A stretch of 64,000 bases of DNA from Terriglobia bacterium (GCA_035945295.1 DASZAI010000048.1:1-64000); one strand, 5' to 3'; numbered from the stretch's first letter, positions 40,117 to 50,083 are shown. Notes: a model not told the origin generated them from the letters alone. Translations and numbers: made by a program.

Positions 40117-42297
40117 TTACTGCGACGTGACCGTGATGGTCTGTGCCGCGCTCTTTCCGGTCGCATCGTAGGCCTTCGCCTGGACTTTGTATGACATGCC
40201 GCTCTTGGCCGGGACCTTCCAAGGGTAGCTGTAGGGGGCCGTGGTGGCCGTGCCGAGCAGACTGCTGTTCACGTAGAACTGCACCTGGGTAATGGTAGTG
40301 CTGTCGGTTGCTGTGGCGCTGATTGTTACCTTCTGATTTCGGAGGACGGTGCCGCCATTGGTGGGGTTGGTAATCGCAACGGTAAGGGTCTGGTTGCTGA
40401 CCGTAACCGTCACTATGGCGGAGGTCCCGATGTTGCCGGCAGGATCGTAGGCCTTGGTTTGAAGGGTGTGACTGCCGTTGGCGGCGGTTGCCGTGTTCCA
40501 GGTGAAGCTGTAAGGCGCCGACGTGTCAGTCGCCACTAAAGCTCCATCCAGCCAGAGCTCAACTCTGCTGACGCTGACGTCGTCCGAAGCCGAGGCGGCT
40601 ATCGTCACGCTGCCCGACACGGTGGCTCCCGTAGCCGGGCTGGTAATGGTAACTGTCGGCGGCGTTGTGTCGGCGGAAGCCGGAGCGAGATTTGAAAGAT
40701 CAGTCGTGTGTATCTTCTGGTCCGGGGTCTGGAAGGCAACCTCTGGCTCTTCGGCACGATAGACTAGTGATCTGTCTAGGCCGCTGGCGTTGTTATAGTT
40801 ATTGTAATCGAATCCCGCCAGCACTGGGGCGCTCCAAGCACCGCTCTCGTATTTACTGGCGTAAACTCCGTTCCAAGTATATGTTTTCGCATTGATGGGC
40901 TGGTAGGCGAGCCAGATCGTCCCGTCAGATTGCACGGACATACCGAACGGGGTTATTCGCTCTATGTAGTTGGGGAAGGGAATGAAGCTCTTGCTGGCGT
41001 CCGGCTGGATCACGGCCACGCTCACCAGCGACTGTTTCAGGAATATGTTATCGGACATACTTCCATATAGCGGGTCCACGAATACAAATTGGTACGGATA
41101 ACTTTGGTACGCCAGGAGAATGGCGTTGCGGGTAGGATCAGGAGAAGCCGTGAGGTATGGGAATTCGCCTTCTGGACCATTGTTCCCATCCGTAGTGTCG
41201 GTGATGTAGCCCGGGGTGATTGAATCAAGCAGGACATCGTTCGTGACTTCGCTGAAACGAAGCGCGCTGATCTGACTGAAGCTGTCCCGCTTCAAGAAAA
41301 CCCAGACGCTGCCGTCAACGGGATGTTGGGCCATTGTCATGCGGCACTGCACGATGTTTCCGCCGCCGTTATTGTTGGGAACCGTTATCGGGAAATGAAT
41401 TGCCCAAACCCCTGTTGGACTGCGGTAGGCGAACCCAACAGTGAGATCCGTTTGGCTACCGCTTGCGTCGTTAAAGATTCCCTCACTCCATCCCACCAGC
41501 AGACCGCCACTCTGCAGGCGAATCATTGATCTGCCCTGGGAAATACTGTCACCCAACGCTTCGGTTGAGAGGAGCGTGGCAGAACTGGGTGGGGTTCCAT
41601 TTAACTGATAATGGCTGACTAGAAGATTGTCATACTTAGTAAGATCTTCGGATAGCGCCCAGAAATCAGTTGCGCTGGTAAGGGCATAATCCAGCTCAAC
41701 CTGGCTGTGACCTGGATAAGAATGCAGCAGGAAATGTGAAGTTTGGCCGGTGCTTGAATTGTTGACATAGATCCAGCTCTCAAGCTGAGAGAGATTATTT
41801 AGCTTCTGGTACAACCAGGCCGATGTCGTTTCATACGTGGCCATCCTCGTCCCGAGCGGGCCGTAATAGGAGCTATCAACAATCTGCTCCGCGGCAGTCG
41901 GCGGACATGCGGGCGTGCTGACGTAGACGGTGTTACTGGGCAGCGATTGGTTGCCAGCGTTGTCCATGGCCAGGACGTAGTAGCTCATCGTGGCAGAAGA
42001 CTTTACTTGCATCGTATCGTCGAACCAAGTGCGAGCGGCCCCAATGTTGGTGACCGTGTTCATGCCATTGTCATTGCGCCAGATGCTGTACGCCTTGAGC
42101 CCCGTGCCGCTATTATCAATGGCAGCGTCCCACGACAGATTGACTTGCCCGCACGCGGCAGCCGTGGCCGTCAGGCCGAAGGGCGCGGTAGGGGGGACAG
42201 TCTGAGCAACGCTTATGCTGGCGAGGGAGAGTATGACGACGAGGGATCCCAGCAAACACTCCCGCGAGCAGGTGGCTGCAAAAGGACGCACTTCCAT
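40117..42297 (-). CDS. Secreted FN3 / beta-propeller-like / bacterial Ig-like (BIG) multidomain protein
   Basis: signal peptide; N-terminal fibronectin-III-like domain (APFGLTATAAACGQVNLSWDA...YSIWRND); C-terminal 3x ~90-aa Ig-like repeats (TPPTVTITSPATGATVSGSVTIAASASDDVSVSRVELWLDG...YSFTWNT). Confidence 0.65.
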   Translation of the reverse strand: MEVRPFAATCSRECLLGSLVVILSLASISVAQTVPPTAPFGLTATAAACGQVNLSWDAAIDNSGTGLKAYSIWRNDNGMNTVTNIGAARTWFDDTMQVKSSATMSYYVLAMDNAGNQSLPSNTVYVSTPACPPTAAEQIVDSSYYGPLGTRMATYETTSAWLYQKLNNLSQLESWIYVNNSSTGQTSHFLLHSYPGHSQVELDYALTSATDFWALSEDLTKYDNLLVSHYQLNGTPPSSATLLSTEALGDSISQGRSMIRLQSGGLLVGWSEGIFNDASGSQTDLTVGFAYRSPTGVWAIHFPITVPNNNGGGNIVQCRMTMAQHPVDGSVWVFLKRDSFSQISALRFSEVTNDVLLDSITPGYITDTTDGNNGPEGEFPYLTASPDPTRNAILLAYQSYPYQFVFVDPLYGSMSDNIFLKQSLVSVAVIQPDASKSFIPFPNYIERITPFGMSVQSDGTIWLAYQPINAKTYTWNGVYASKYESGAWSAPVLAGFDYNNYNNASGLDRSLVYRAEEPEVAFQTPDQKIHTTDLSNLAPASADTTPPTVTITSPATGATVSGSVTIAASASDDVSVSRVELWLDGALVATDTSAPYSFTWNTATAANGSHTLQTKAYDPAGNIGTSAIVTVTVSNQTLTVAITNPTNGGTVLRNQKVTISATATDSTTITQVQFYVNSSLLGTATTAPYSYPWKVPAKSGMSYKVQAKAYDATGKSAAQTITVTSQ

Positions 42298-42577
42298 TTT
42301 TCTCTTCTCCTGTGCACTCTCCCCCCTTCGCTTCGGCGCGTCATCAAAAGATAGGCCCGCGGCCCTAAGCGCGATATCGGCGGCACTCTGTGTTTCTTGT
42401 CAGACTTCGAGCGGTGGGCGTGTCAGAACAGTCCTACAAGGGGCTACGAGTTTCGCCATGCGGCGATACTTCGGCCACCCAAGGGAAAGTTGGCTGCGAA
42501 AAAGCGGTGGCCGTCGAGAGGTCTCGATGATGAATCGAAGGATTCGTAGCGCCGGCAGCCCGTAGGCGCGGGATATC

Positions 42578-42680
42578 CTAGTCCAGGGCGTTAGCCCTGG
42601 GGAAAAAGGCCTTGACCCCGCCTTCGGCTCCCCTCCCCCCTGGCGGGGGAGGGGAGGGGCAGGGGTGAGGAGCGGCGAAA
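42578..42680. repeat. ~95-nt structured REP/MITE-like element, copy 2
   Basis: tagtCCAGGGCgttaGCCCTGGgg...GCCTTCGGC..CCCCTCCCCCCtggcGGGGGAGGGG; matches the 36227-36320 copy. Confidence 0.6.
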
Positions 42681-42737
42681 CTCCGACCCACGCCGGTTCG
42701 CCCCTGCTGAGGCGCACCACGCGCAGTTTCGCATCCA

Positions 42738-43850
42738 GTGCCCGAGCGTAATGCCGACGTTCACGCCGAGGTGGGCGGCTTTATTGACCAGGTCCTCGTC
42801 CAGGAGGGTCAGACCGTTCGGTCGGGAGACGAGCTGGCAACCATCTCCGGCCGCGATCTGGAGGCCCAAAGGAAGGAAGTCGCGGCCCAGATTCAGGCCC
42901 AAGAGGCAAAGCTCCTCCTGCTGGTTAACGGTCCGCGTCCTCAGGAAATCACCGTGGCGCAGGATGCCGTTGCCACTGCGACATCGAGGGCGCAATTTGC
43001 GCGCCAGAACTTCGACGACCAGCAGCAGCTCCGCGCCCAGAGGCTATCGAGCGCGGAAGCCGCCCTGAACAAGGCGGAGACTGAGCACACCTTCGCTCAA
43101 AAGAACCTCCGACGCTATGAACAGCTCTGGCAGGCAGGTCTGACGGCGCAAAAAGGAGTTGACGACGCGCAGGAGAGCGTTGCGGTCACGGCGAACGAGG
43201 AGAAGGTGGCCGCCGCGGCGCTCGAGATGGTGCGCTCGGATTCTCTTGCCCAGGCGCAAGGCGACTTGGCGGTCTCAGAGAAAGAGCTGGCGGAAGCCCA
43301 AGCCAGGCTTCGCACGTTGCTGGCTGGAAGCCGCGCCGAGGAAATTGCCGCCGCGCGCGCGGAACTGGCTCGCTTGCAGGCCGAGCGCGATTTCCTGGAT
43401 CATCAAATCGGCCTGACGAAGGTGGTGAGCCCCGTGGCCGGCGTCGTGGCCACCCACCGGACGCAGGAGTTGCTGGGCAAATTCGTCCAGAGGGGCGACC
43501 TGATCCTCAAGGTTGACGAGACCAAAACCATCACGGCCGAAATGTCGATTCCGGAACAGGAAGTCGAGACCCTCCGGGTTGGCCAGCCTGTGGCGCTTAG
43601 AACCGCGGCGTATCCCGGAATGGTCTTTAACGGCAAGGTTACTTCCATCGCCCCGCAAGTGTCGCCGCCCGATGCACAACAGTTGGAACGGCAATTCCTG
43701 GTAGATACAGACCTCGACAATTCCCGCGACCTGCTGAAGCCCGGCATGTCTGGAGCGGCCAAAATCTATTGCGGCAAACGCTCGCCTTTTGAACTCGGCC
43801 GGACGCGCGCCGCCAGGTTCTTCCGAGTCGAGTTCTGGTCCTGGTGGTAA
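42738..43850 (+). CDS. HlyD-family periplasmic adaptor (membrane-fusion protein), N-terminally truncated; probable remnant
   Basis: biotinyl/lipoyl-like hairpin (HAEVGGFIDQVLVQEGQTVRSGDELATI), long coiled-coil, beta-barrel and C-terminal domains. No TM anchor or signal peptide; GTG start. In-frame stop 30 nt upstream, directly after the REP element; no cognate transporter nearby. Confidence 0.55.
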   Translation: MPERNADVHAEVGGFIDQVLVQEGQTVRSGDELATISGRDLEAQRKEVAAQIQAQEAKLLLLVNGPRPQEITVAQDAVATATSRAQFARQNFDDQQQLRAQRLSSAEAALNKAETEHTFAQKNLRRYEQLWQAGLTAQKGVDDAQESVAVTANEEKVAAAALEMVRSDSLAQAQGDLAVSEKELAEAQARLRTLLAGSRAEEIAAARAELARLQAERDFLDHQIGLTKVVSPVAGVVATHRTQELLGKFVQRGDLILKVDETKTITAEMSIPEQEVETLRVGQPVALRTAAYPGMVFNGKVTSIAPQVSPPDAQQLERQFLVDTDLDNSRDLLKPGMSGAAKIYCGKRSPFELGRTRAARFFRVEFWSWW

Positions 43851-43997
43851 AGATTGACGCGCGCCCCCCAGGCGAGAGCGCCCATAAAAGGCGGGGCCAG
43901 CCCTTAAGCTTGCCCTACCCACAATGAACGCTTGACCGCTGCCTTCTCTTACTGGCAACTGGACGTGAATGTCTCGATGTGGTGCCCGTTCCGGCCG

Positions 43998-44380
43998 TCA
44001 GCCCCGACATACAGCTCTGGAGTTGCTGAAAGAGGCCGTGACCGTGCCACCCGGGTTGACCGTGATATGCATCAGAGAATACACTTCGAAGTTCGGCGCT
44101 GATCCCGTGCTGATTTCGCTGAAGCTGGACGTAAGGGTTTGCTCGACTCCCACACGTCCACTCAATGTGAAACTGTCCTCCTCGTTTCCGGTGTACGCGT
44201 TGCCCTGGTCACCGGTAGCCGTTACGTGAATGTTGTCATGCCCGCTCAAGTGGAATCCACCAGCGCCATCGAGCGTCACGCTCGAGGTGAAGTGAACAAC
44301 CCCGTTGAAACTGACGTTCTCCCCATTCCGAGCGCAGCGAGGGATCTCGCATTGAGGATGTCAACGTGGCCGGGGGCGAG
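43998..44380 (-). pseudogene. C-terminal fragment of a beta-rich secreted protein, no start codon, traversed by a GTCATTCCGAGCGCAG-family repeat
   Basis: open frame ...HPQCEIPRCARNGENVSFNGVVHFTSSVTLDGAGGFHLSGHDNIH... to the stop at 43998 with no ATG/GTG until M at 44279; repeat copy 2 (44323-44350) lies inside it. Confidence 0.3.
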
Positions 44381-44454
44381 CCAGCGGCAGTACCGAGGCA
44401 CAGCAGGACAGAGTATAACTCTACGGAGCATTCAAGGCTCCGGGTCGCAACGGT

Positions 44455-47040
44455 CTAGTTCTGGAACGCCGCCAAATCCGTCAGCCGGGTCGGTTGCAAG
44501 CGCTCAAACTCTTTCTGAGGGACGTTCACGTACTCCCACTTCGTTCCGGTTAGCCCGGTTCCGTTCTCACACCACAGGGCCGCGGCCAGATCTTTCCTCG
44601 CCACTTCGCCAGTTTCAAGACCCTTGGTCTCGAGGAGCCAATGGGTACCCTGTTTGTCCATCGCCACGAAATCCGGGTAGTACGAACGCAGGTTCATCGC
44701 GCCGTCGGTATATTCAATCGAGAACCCAAACGGCTGGGGCAGCTTGGCATAGGCAGTTACGTCGGACGCGTTCTCCAGGAATTTGGCGAACTCACGCTCC
44801 AAAGCGTTATCACAAGGCACTAAATTGAAAACGGTCTTGACGCCTTCCCAAACGGGGCGTGACCACGGGAAGGGCGCGCAGGAGGAAAGCATCCGGCTTG
44901 GCTCCAACAATTGCGGCTCCTGCTCCGCGATGGTGAGTTTCTTTAGCATCTTGGAAAACACATCGACGCAAACGTAGTGTGCGAGCGGCGTGCTCATCGC
45001 CCTTACAGCCGCGGTGTCTGACAAATCGACGATTCTTCCGAATGCCTTCTGCTCGAAGAACTCGCGCACCTTGGGGGCGAGCGCAGCAAACTGCGACGGC
45101 AGCTTTACCGCTTCGGCAATCCGTCGCGAATAGTAACCGATCACTTCCTGAGCCGTCTGCGGCTCCGGGATCGTATAGTCGCGCTCGATTTCCTTCTTGA
45201 GGGTGATGATGTCGTATCCTTCGTACCGGAACGTCTTTGCGTTCGGGTCATCTGCGGTGAAAGGCAGCGGCGCAACCTGGAATGCCAGCACATTGAGGCC
45301 AGCGATCTCTTCCGCCAGCGTCTTCTTGCGCACCAGGGTGGGCGACAGCACGGGCAGCCCTATGTCATAGCCTTTTCGGCTCTCCAGCGGCAGGATCGTT
45401 TCGATGTGCAGCTTATCCTTGCCCAGCTCGAACGTGTCCAGTCGCAGATTCTCCAGCTTCTCGAGGTCATCCACGAAATCCAGAAACTTCTTGTTGCCGA
45501 TGATGTCCACGCGTTCAGTAAAGTTCACCGGCAGGTCGCGGAACATCAGCCGCAGGCCTCGCCCGATGGCCTGTTCGGGCAGGATATTGGCCTTCGCGGT
45601 GTAGGGCCGAAGGCCTACCACAACCGTGACATTCTGAACGTCCCAGCCCTCGCGCAACATCATGACGCTGACGATGGCATTGATCGGGCTCTCCAGCAGG
45701 TCCACTTCGCGAACGGCCTTGCGCGCTTCGTCCAGTTGCTTCTTGCTCACCTCGCCCGACTTGTCAGTATGGATTACTTGAGTCTTCTCTCCGGCGAATT
45801 CAGCCGGGTACTTTTCCCGCAGCCATCCGGCAACGTCGTCGGCCTCGTCTGTATCGTTCATCATCACGAAAAGCACGGCCTTCCGCTTCAGCGGCGAGAG
45901 CTGCTCGCGATACTCCCGCCAGCGCTCGACAGCCGCAGTGAGATAACCCTTGTACCGAACGCTCGCGTAATCGGATTTAGCCTCAACGATGTTGGCGATG
46001 CCCTTCATCGGGCGCTTCACGATGTTGTCAAGGATTGCCTGTTTGAGCGGGTAATCCGAGATGGTCCAGGGGAAAATCGCGCCTTTCTGAAAGCGCGGCG
46101 TGGCGGAGAAGTCGAGCTGCGCGGCGAGCGGCGTCTTGCCGTGCAAATCGCGAATCACCTTGTTCCATTCGTTGGCTTCGTCGTGGGTGTGATGCGCTTC
46201 GTCATTCACTACCAACAGACGCCCGGCTCGAAGCGCGATGCGGTCGCCAAAGTCGGTGAGTTCGAGTTTCTGGGTTGGCGGCTTCGGACCCATGACACCA
46301 GTCATCGGCTCCGGCTCTTCTTGGGCGCTACGGTCGGGCCGTTCATAAAACTGCTGGATGTTGGTCAAGAAGAGCGTTCCTTCGGCGGGCGCCTTTTCTC
46401 CTTCGCCGCGCATCACGCAGTCGAAATCCCAGAAGATTTCGAGTTCCCGTGGAATAACGGGATCGGCTCGGAAGGTCCGGCCTCCGGCGAAATCCGTTTT
46501 CAGGCGCTCCAGGACAATGACGTTGGGCGCGAGAATCAGGAACGTCTTCGCGTAGTCCTTGGCGATCTCTTCCGGCTCCCGCATGGCGTTGAAGAACTGC
46601 CAGGCCACGGCCAGAGACATCACCTTCGTCTTGCCGCTGCCCGTCGCCATTTTGATCGAGTAGCGGGCAAAATCATCGAACGGAGGCAGGCGCACGTCGC
46701 GCAGGTCCTGGGCGTAGCCTTCGAGCATCGCCTTTCGGGTTCGTACCTTCTCAAATTCCCAGACGAAGATCAGGGTCTCGATGGCCTCTTGCTGTGAGGG
46801 GTGATACTTGAACGGAGCACCCGTGGGCAGCTTGTGGTCGGTGTAGAACCAATGGTTAAGCAGGAGCCGTGTGGTTGCCGTGATCCCCTTGTATCCGCCG
46901 GCAACCCAGGCTTTCACCGCCGCGCGCAGGGCGGGCACGCATGGGCCGGTGCGGAGACCGCTGGTGATATCCAGTAGGTCGGCTTGTGCGCTATCGACGC
47001 GTGATTTCTTGCCTCGTGGCATGGCTAGCCTGCCGATCAC
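44455..47040 (-). CDS. res: Type III restriction enzyme Res subunit (DEAD/DEAH helicase-nuclease)
   Basis: 861 aa; helicase motif I MATGSGKTKV, motif II VVNDEAHH, motif VI-like region; lies 3' of a beta-class N6-adenine methyltransferase gene. Confidence 0.8.
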   Translation of the reverse strand: MIGRLAMPRGKKSRVDSAQADLLDITSGLRTGPCVPALRAAVKAWVAGGYKGITATTRLLLNHWFYTDHKLPTGAPFKYHPSQQEAIETLIFVWEFEKVRTRKAMLEGYAQDLRDVRLPPFDDFARYSIKMATGSGKTKVMSLAVAWQFFNAMREPEEIAKDYAKTFLILAPNVIVLERLKTDFAGGRTFRADPVIPRELEIFWDFDCVMRGEGEKAPAEGTLFLTNIQQFYERPDRSAQEEPEPMTGVMGPKPPTQKLELTDFGDRIALRAGRLLVVNDEAHHTHDEANEWNKVIRDLHGKTPLAAQLDFSATPRFQKGAIFPWTISDYPLKQAILDNIVKRPMKGIANIVEAKSDYASVRYKGYLTAAVERWREYREQLSPLKRKAVLFVMMNDTDEADDVAGWLREKYPAEFAGEKTQVIHTDKSGEVSKKQLDEARKAVREVDLLESPINAIVSVMMLREGWDVQNVTVVVGLRPYTAKANILPEQAIGRGLRLMFRDLPVNFTERVDIIGNKKFLDFVDDLEKLENLRLDTFELGKDKLHIETILPLESRKGYDIGLPVLSPTLVRKKTLAEEIAGLNVLAFQVAPLPFTADDPNAKTFRYEGYDIITLKKEIERDYTIPEPQTAQEVIGYYSRRIAEAVKLPSQFAALAPKVREFFEQKAFGRIVDLSDTAAVRAMSTPLAHYVCVDVFSKMLKKLTIAEQEPQLLEPSRMLSSCAPFPWSRPVWEGVKTVFNLVPCDNALEREFAKFLENASDVTAYAKLPQPFGFSIEYTDGAMNLRSYYPDFVAMDKQGTHWLLETKGLETGEVARKDLAAALWCENGTGLTGTKWEYVNVPQKEFERLQPTRLTDLAAFQN

Positions 47041-47043
47041 CCC

Positions 47044-47610
47044 TCACGGCGCCTCGGGGGAGCGAAACCCGATCCTGCGCCGGGGCTTTTCCGGCGGCTT
47101 CATGAGTTCTCGAATCGCATCGAAAACTACTCTGAACTGCGCGTCATACTTCTTCTCCATCTCAGCCAGGCGCCGGGCCAGATCACGGTGCGACGCCAGC
47201 ATTTCCCGCAGCTTGACAAAAGCGCGCATGATGGCGATGTTGACTTGGACAGCGCGGTGGCTGCGGAGCACGCTGGAGAGCATGGCCACGCCTTGCTCGG
47301 TGAAGGCGAGGGGATTATAGCGTCGCCCGCCACGCCCTCCCTTTGAGGTCACAATTTGTGACCTCAAACTTGAGGTGCCAAAATGGAACCTCAAAGCTTC
47401 AAACTCCTTCGCCGTGAGCTGGAACATGAAGTCCCCTGGAAAGCGGGAAAGGTTTCGGCGCACCGCGCGATTGAGGGCTTTTGTTTCCACCTCATACAGC
47501 TCGGCCAAGTCCGCATCGAGCATGACCTTCTGCCCGCGAATCAGCAGAATTCGCCGCTCGATCCGCTCCGGCGGAATAGCGAGATTTGAGGTCGCATTTT
47601 GCGACTTCAA
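47044..47610 (-). CDS. ORF6N-domain (KilA-N-like DNA-binding) protein inserted between mod and res
   Basis: strong match to the ORF6N pattern ([52 protein letters not shown]...[48 protein letters not shown]); only a TTG start is available; contains an internal 27-nt tandem duplication. Confidence 0.65.
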   Translation of the reverse strand: MKSQNATSNLAIPPERIERRILLIRGQKVMLDADLAELYEVETKALNRAVRRNLSRFPGDFMFQLTAKEFEALRFHFGTSSLRSQIVTSKGGRGGRRYNPLAFTEQGVAMLSSVLRSHRAVQVNIAIMRAFVKLREMLASHRDLARRLAEMEKKYDAQFRVVFDAIRELMKPPEKPRRRIGFRSPEAP

Positions 47611-47611
47611 G

Positions 47612-49468
47612 TTAGTTGATCTCCACTTCCAGCGTCTTCGTCGTATCGTTCCCCAAAATGTCGACCACCTTCACCACTACCTTGTACGCGCCCGGTTGCG
47701 GGTACTCGTGCTTGGCGGAGAGTGCGATCTTCGGGTCCTTTCGGGTGCGATAGGATTGCCATTGATTGTGAAAGGTGTCGTTCTTAAAGTCCCAATCCAC
47801 CGCCCAGTAATCGATCATCTGGCTCCAATGCTTGATCGCCTTGCGTGCGTCCTCGGGCACGTCATCAAGCGGGATCACAAAATCGGTGAGCTCGAGCGTC
47901 AGCTCGCGCTTCGACACTTTGTGGCCCACCGACAATGCGCCCAGCTCGAAAAACTTGACGTCACCTTGCTCCACCGCCTTCTTCTCCAGCACTTCGCGCG
48001 GAATCTTCTTAAACGCCACGTCGACGCGGGACTCAGTCGCCACCTGGCGCGCCGTTTCGTTCAACTCAAAGGCGAATTCCCAGCCCAGAATGTCGGCGGC
48101 TGCGGTAGCGGCAGCGCCGCCGGCAGCCTTCCAGACTTCGCGGGCAATCGATTTCACATCGGCCAGCGTGACCGGCGCATCCACGGCGCCCACGTGCACC
48201 ATGCGCCCGGATTTCACGCCGTGCAGCCACGTGTGGCCGGTAACCGGCGTGGCGTGGTAAAGGTCGAGAATGAATTTGCGGTAGGCGGCCTCGCGCCCGC
48301 GTTGTTCTGTAGCGCCGCCCTTTAGGGCGGCAGGTGCCGGGCTGAAGCCCGGCGCTACGTCGAATTCCGCCGCCTGCCAAGCCTGGCGCTCGTATTTCCC
48401 CAGGTTTTGCACCACAAACGGCTTGACGCCCGGAATCCCCAGTAGACGCTTGCGCGTGGTGTGAATGGCAAACCGGCCCAGGTCGCAAGCAATCCAGCGG
48501 CGATTGAGTTTTTACGCCACGGCCGCCGTCGTGCCGCTGCCCACAAAGCAGTCGAGGACTATATCGGACTCATTGGTCGGCTCACGGGTAGAAGTCTTGA
48601 TGATCCTGGTAAGGAGCTCCTCAGACTTCTGAGTATCAAAGTAAACCTTCTCAAAATCTGTCGGACTCGTAATCTTCTTAACGTCGGGCCACCAGTCGTT
48701 TACAGGCGTCCCCTCAGATCTGAGTTCAGCATCTGGTCCTTTGACGGCGGTTCGACCTCTTTCCACAGTTCCGGGCGAGTAGGGCCTGTATTGCGGATTG
48801 AACACCCAGCTTGAACCCTTGGTGTACCAAAAGATAGTGTCATGCTTCCTCGGGAATTCGCGTTGCGGAATCCCTCCGCCGCTGTAACACCAGGCGATCT
48901 CATTTCTGAATCCAGGAGAATCCTGCCCGACCAATGCACCGGACCCGAAGACCTCATCGACGACGGCTTTCGCGTAATGACCTACATGCCAGTCTAAATG
49001 AACGTAAATGCTCCCATCCTCAGCTAGCAATTCCCGGAGCAACAGAAGCGTCTCGTAAAACCAAAGCAGATAGGAGTCAAGACCGTGCCCCCAAGTATCG
49101 CGATACGCTTTCTGCTCCAAAATCGAAGGCTCCTTGAGGAAGGCTACTTGCTCTGCGCCCCCCTGAGCCTTGGGGATAATGGCAGTGAACGAAAAATCCG
49201 CGCCAGTGTCAAACGGCGGGTCGATATAAATCAGGTTCACCTTGCCGGCAAATTCGGGCAGCAGAGAAGGCAGGACATACTTCTTGTCGCCCCAGATCAG
49301 CCGGTTGCGCCACTCCGTCTCGCGTCCCGCCGCAAACAGTTCGAGCGTCCGTAGCCGGTCCTGGGCGCTCTCGTTCACCGTCTCGATGGTCTGAAACGGC
49401 AGGGCGACCCGGACCGGGCTTTGCCGCTTCCCGTCAACATACTTGCCATCCCAGATAAGCTCGGTCAT
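47612..49468 (-). pseudogene. mod: Type III R-M Mod (beta-class N6-adenine DNA methyltransferase) interrupted by an in-frame TAA at 48512-48514
   Basis: N-terminal piece 48512..49468 (DPPF motif IV, FVGSGTT motif I). Same frame continues after the TAA as KLNRRWIACDLGRF... through 47612, where the ORF track restarts at a GTG (47612..48415). Likely GAA->TAA. Confidence 0.75.
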
Positions 49469-50083
49469 GTTATCGATCGAAGCCGGGGCTTCGAGATCAG
49501 ACGTGAGATCTTACTGCTTTTGTTTCGCGGGCGCTATGGCCGGTTTTCTGGCAGGGGTTTGGCGCAGACCTGATGATGCCGGCTGTCGCTACCCTGAGCG
49601 CAGCAAGTAGCGGAGACCTGCTTCCCAAGTCCCAGGCGCGAGGAGGCGGATGAGCGAGGAAGGACCGCGGACCTGAAAGGCGCAGGTCCGCGCTACAGGC
49701 CGCAAGCCCACGGCACCAAAATCGTGCCATGGCTACCTTTGTAGCCCTGCCTACGTCCTGGGAGCGCGGCCAGCGCGGTCCTCTTGGGCCGCATTTCTTG
49801 CTCTCCCTCGATGGGCGGCCGGGACGCCCGCGTTCCCAGGACATCGGCCAGTCTCGTAGGGGCGAGCTTCTGATTGAAGGGGGAAAGTCCGTGACAAAAA
49901 GTGTCAACCGCGGTCGCGTGGCGGCTGGAGTGCGTCCAACTTATTCATTTACAGGAACTTGGTGACACCGCGTGGGTGACATTTTTTGTCAACCGGGACA
50001 ATCTGACGACTCCATAAGCCCGGTCCTGCGTTTTCATGGACTTACAAGAGACCTCGACAGCCCGCGCCGCGCAGTTTTGATCC

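Noticed and set aside
49880-49900. GGGGGAAAGTCCG motif resembling the P4 strand of bacterial RNase P RNA
   Set aside because: None of the other universally conserved RNase P blocks (GGGCUCC continuation, ACAGAAYCCGGCUUA, AGGGCAGG) are present nearby on either strand, and the flanking sequence does not fold into a P1-P4 arrangement. Treated as chance similarity within a structured spacer.
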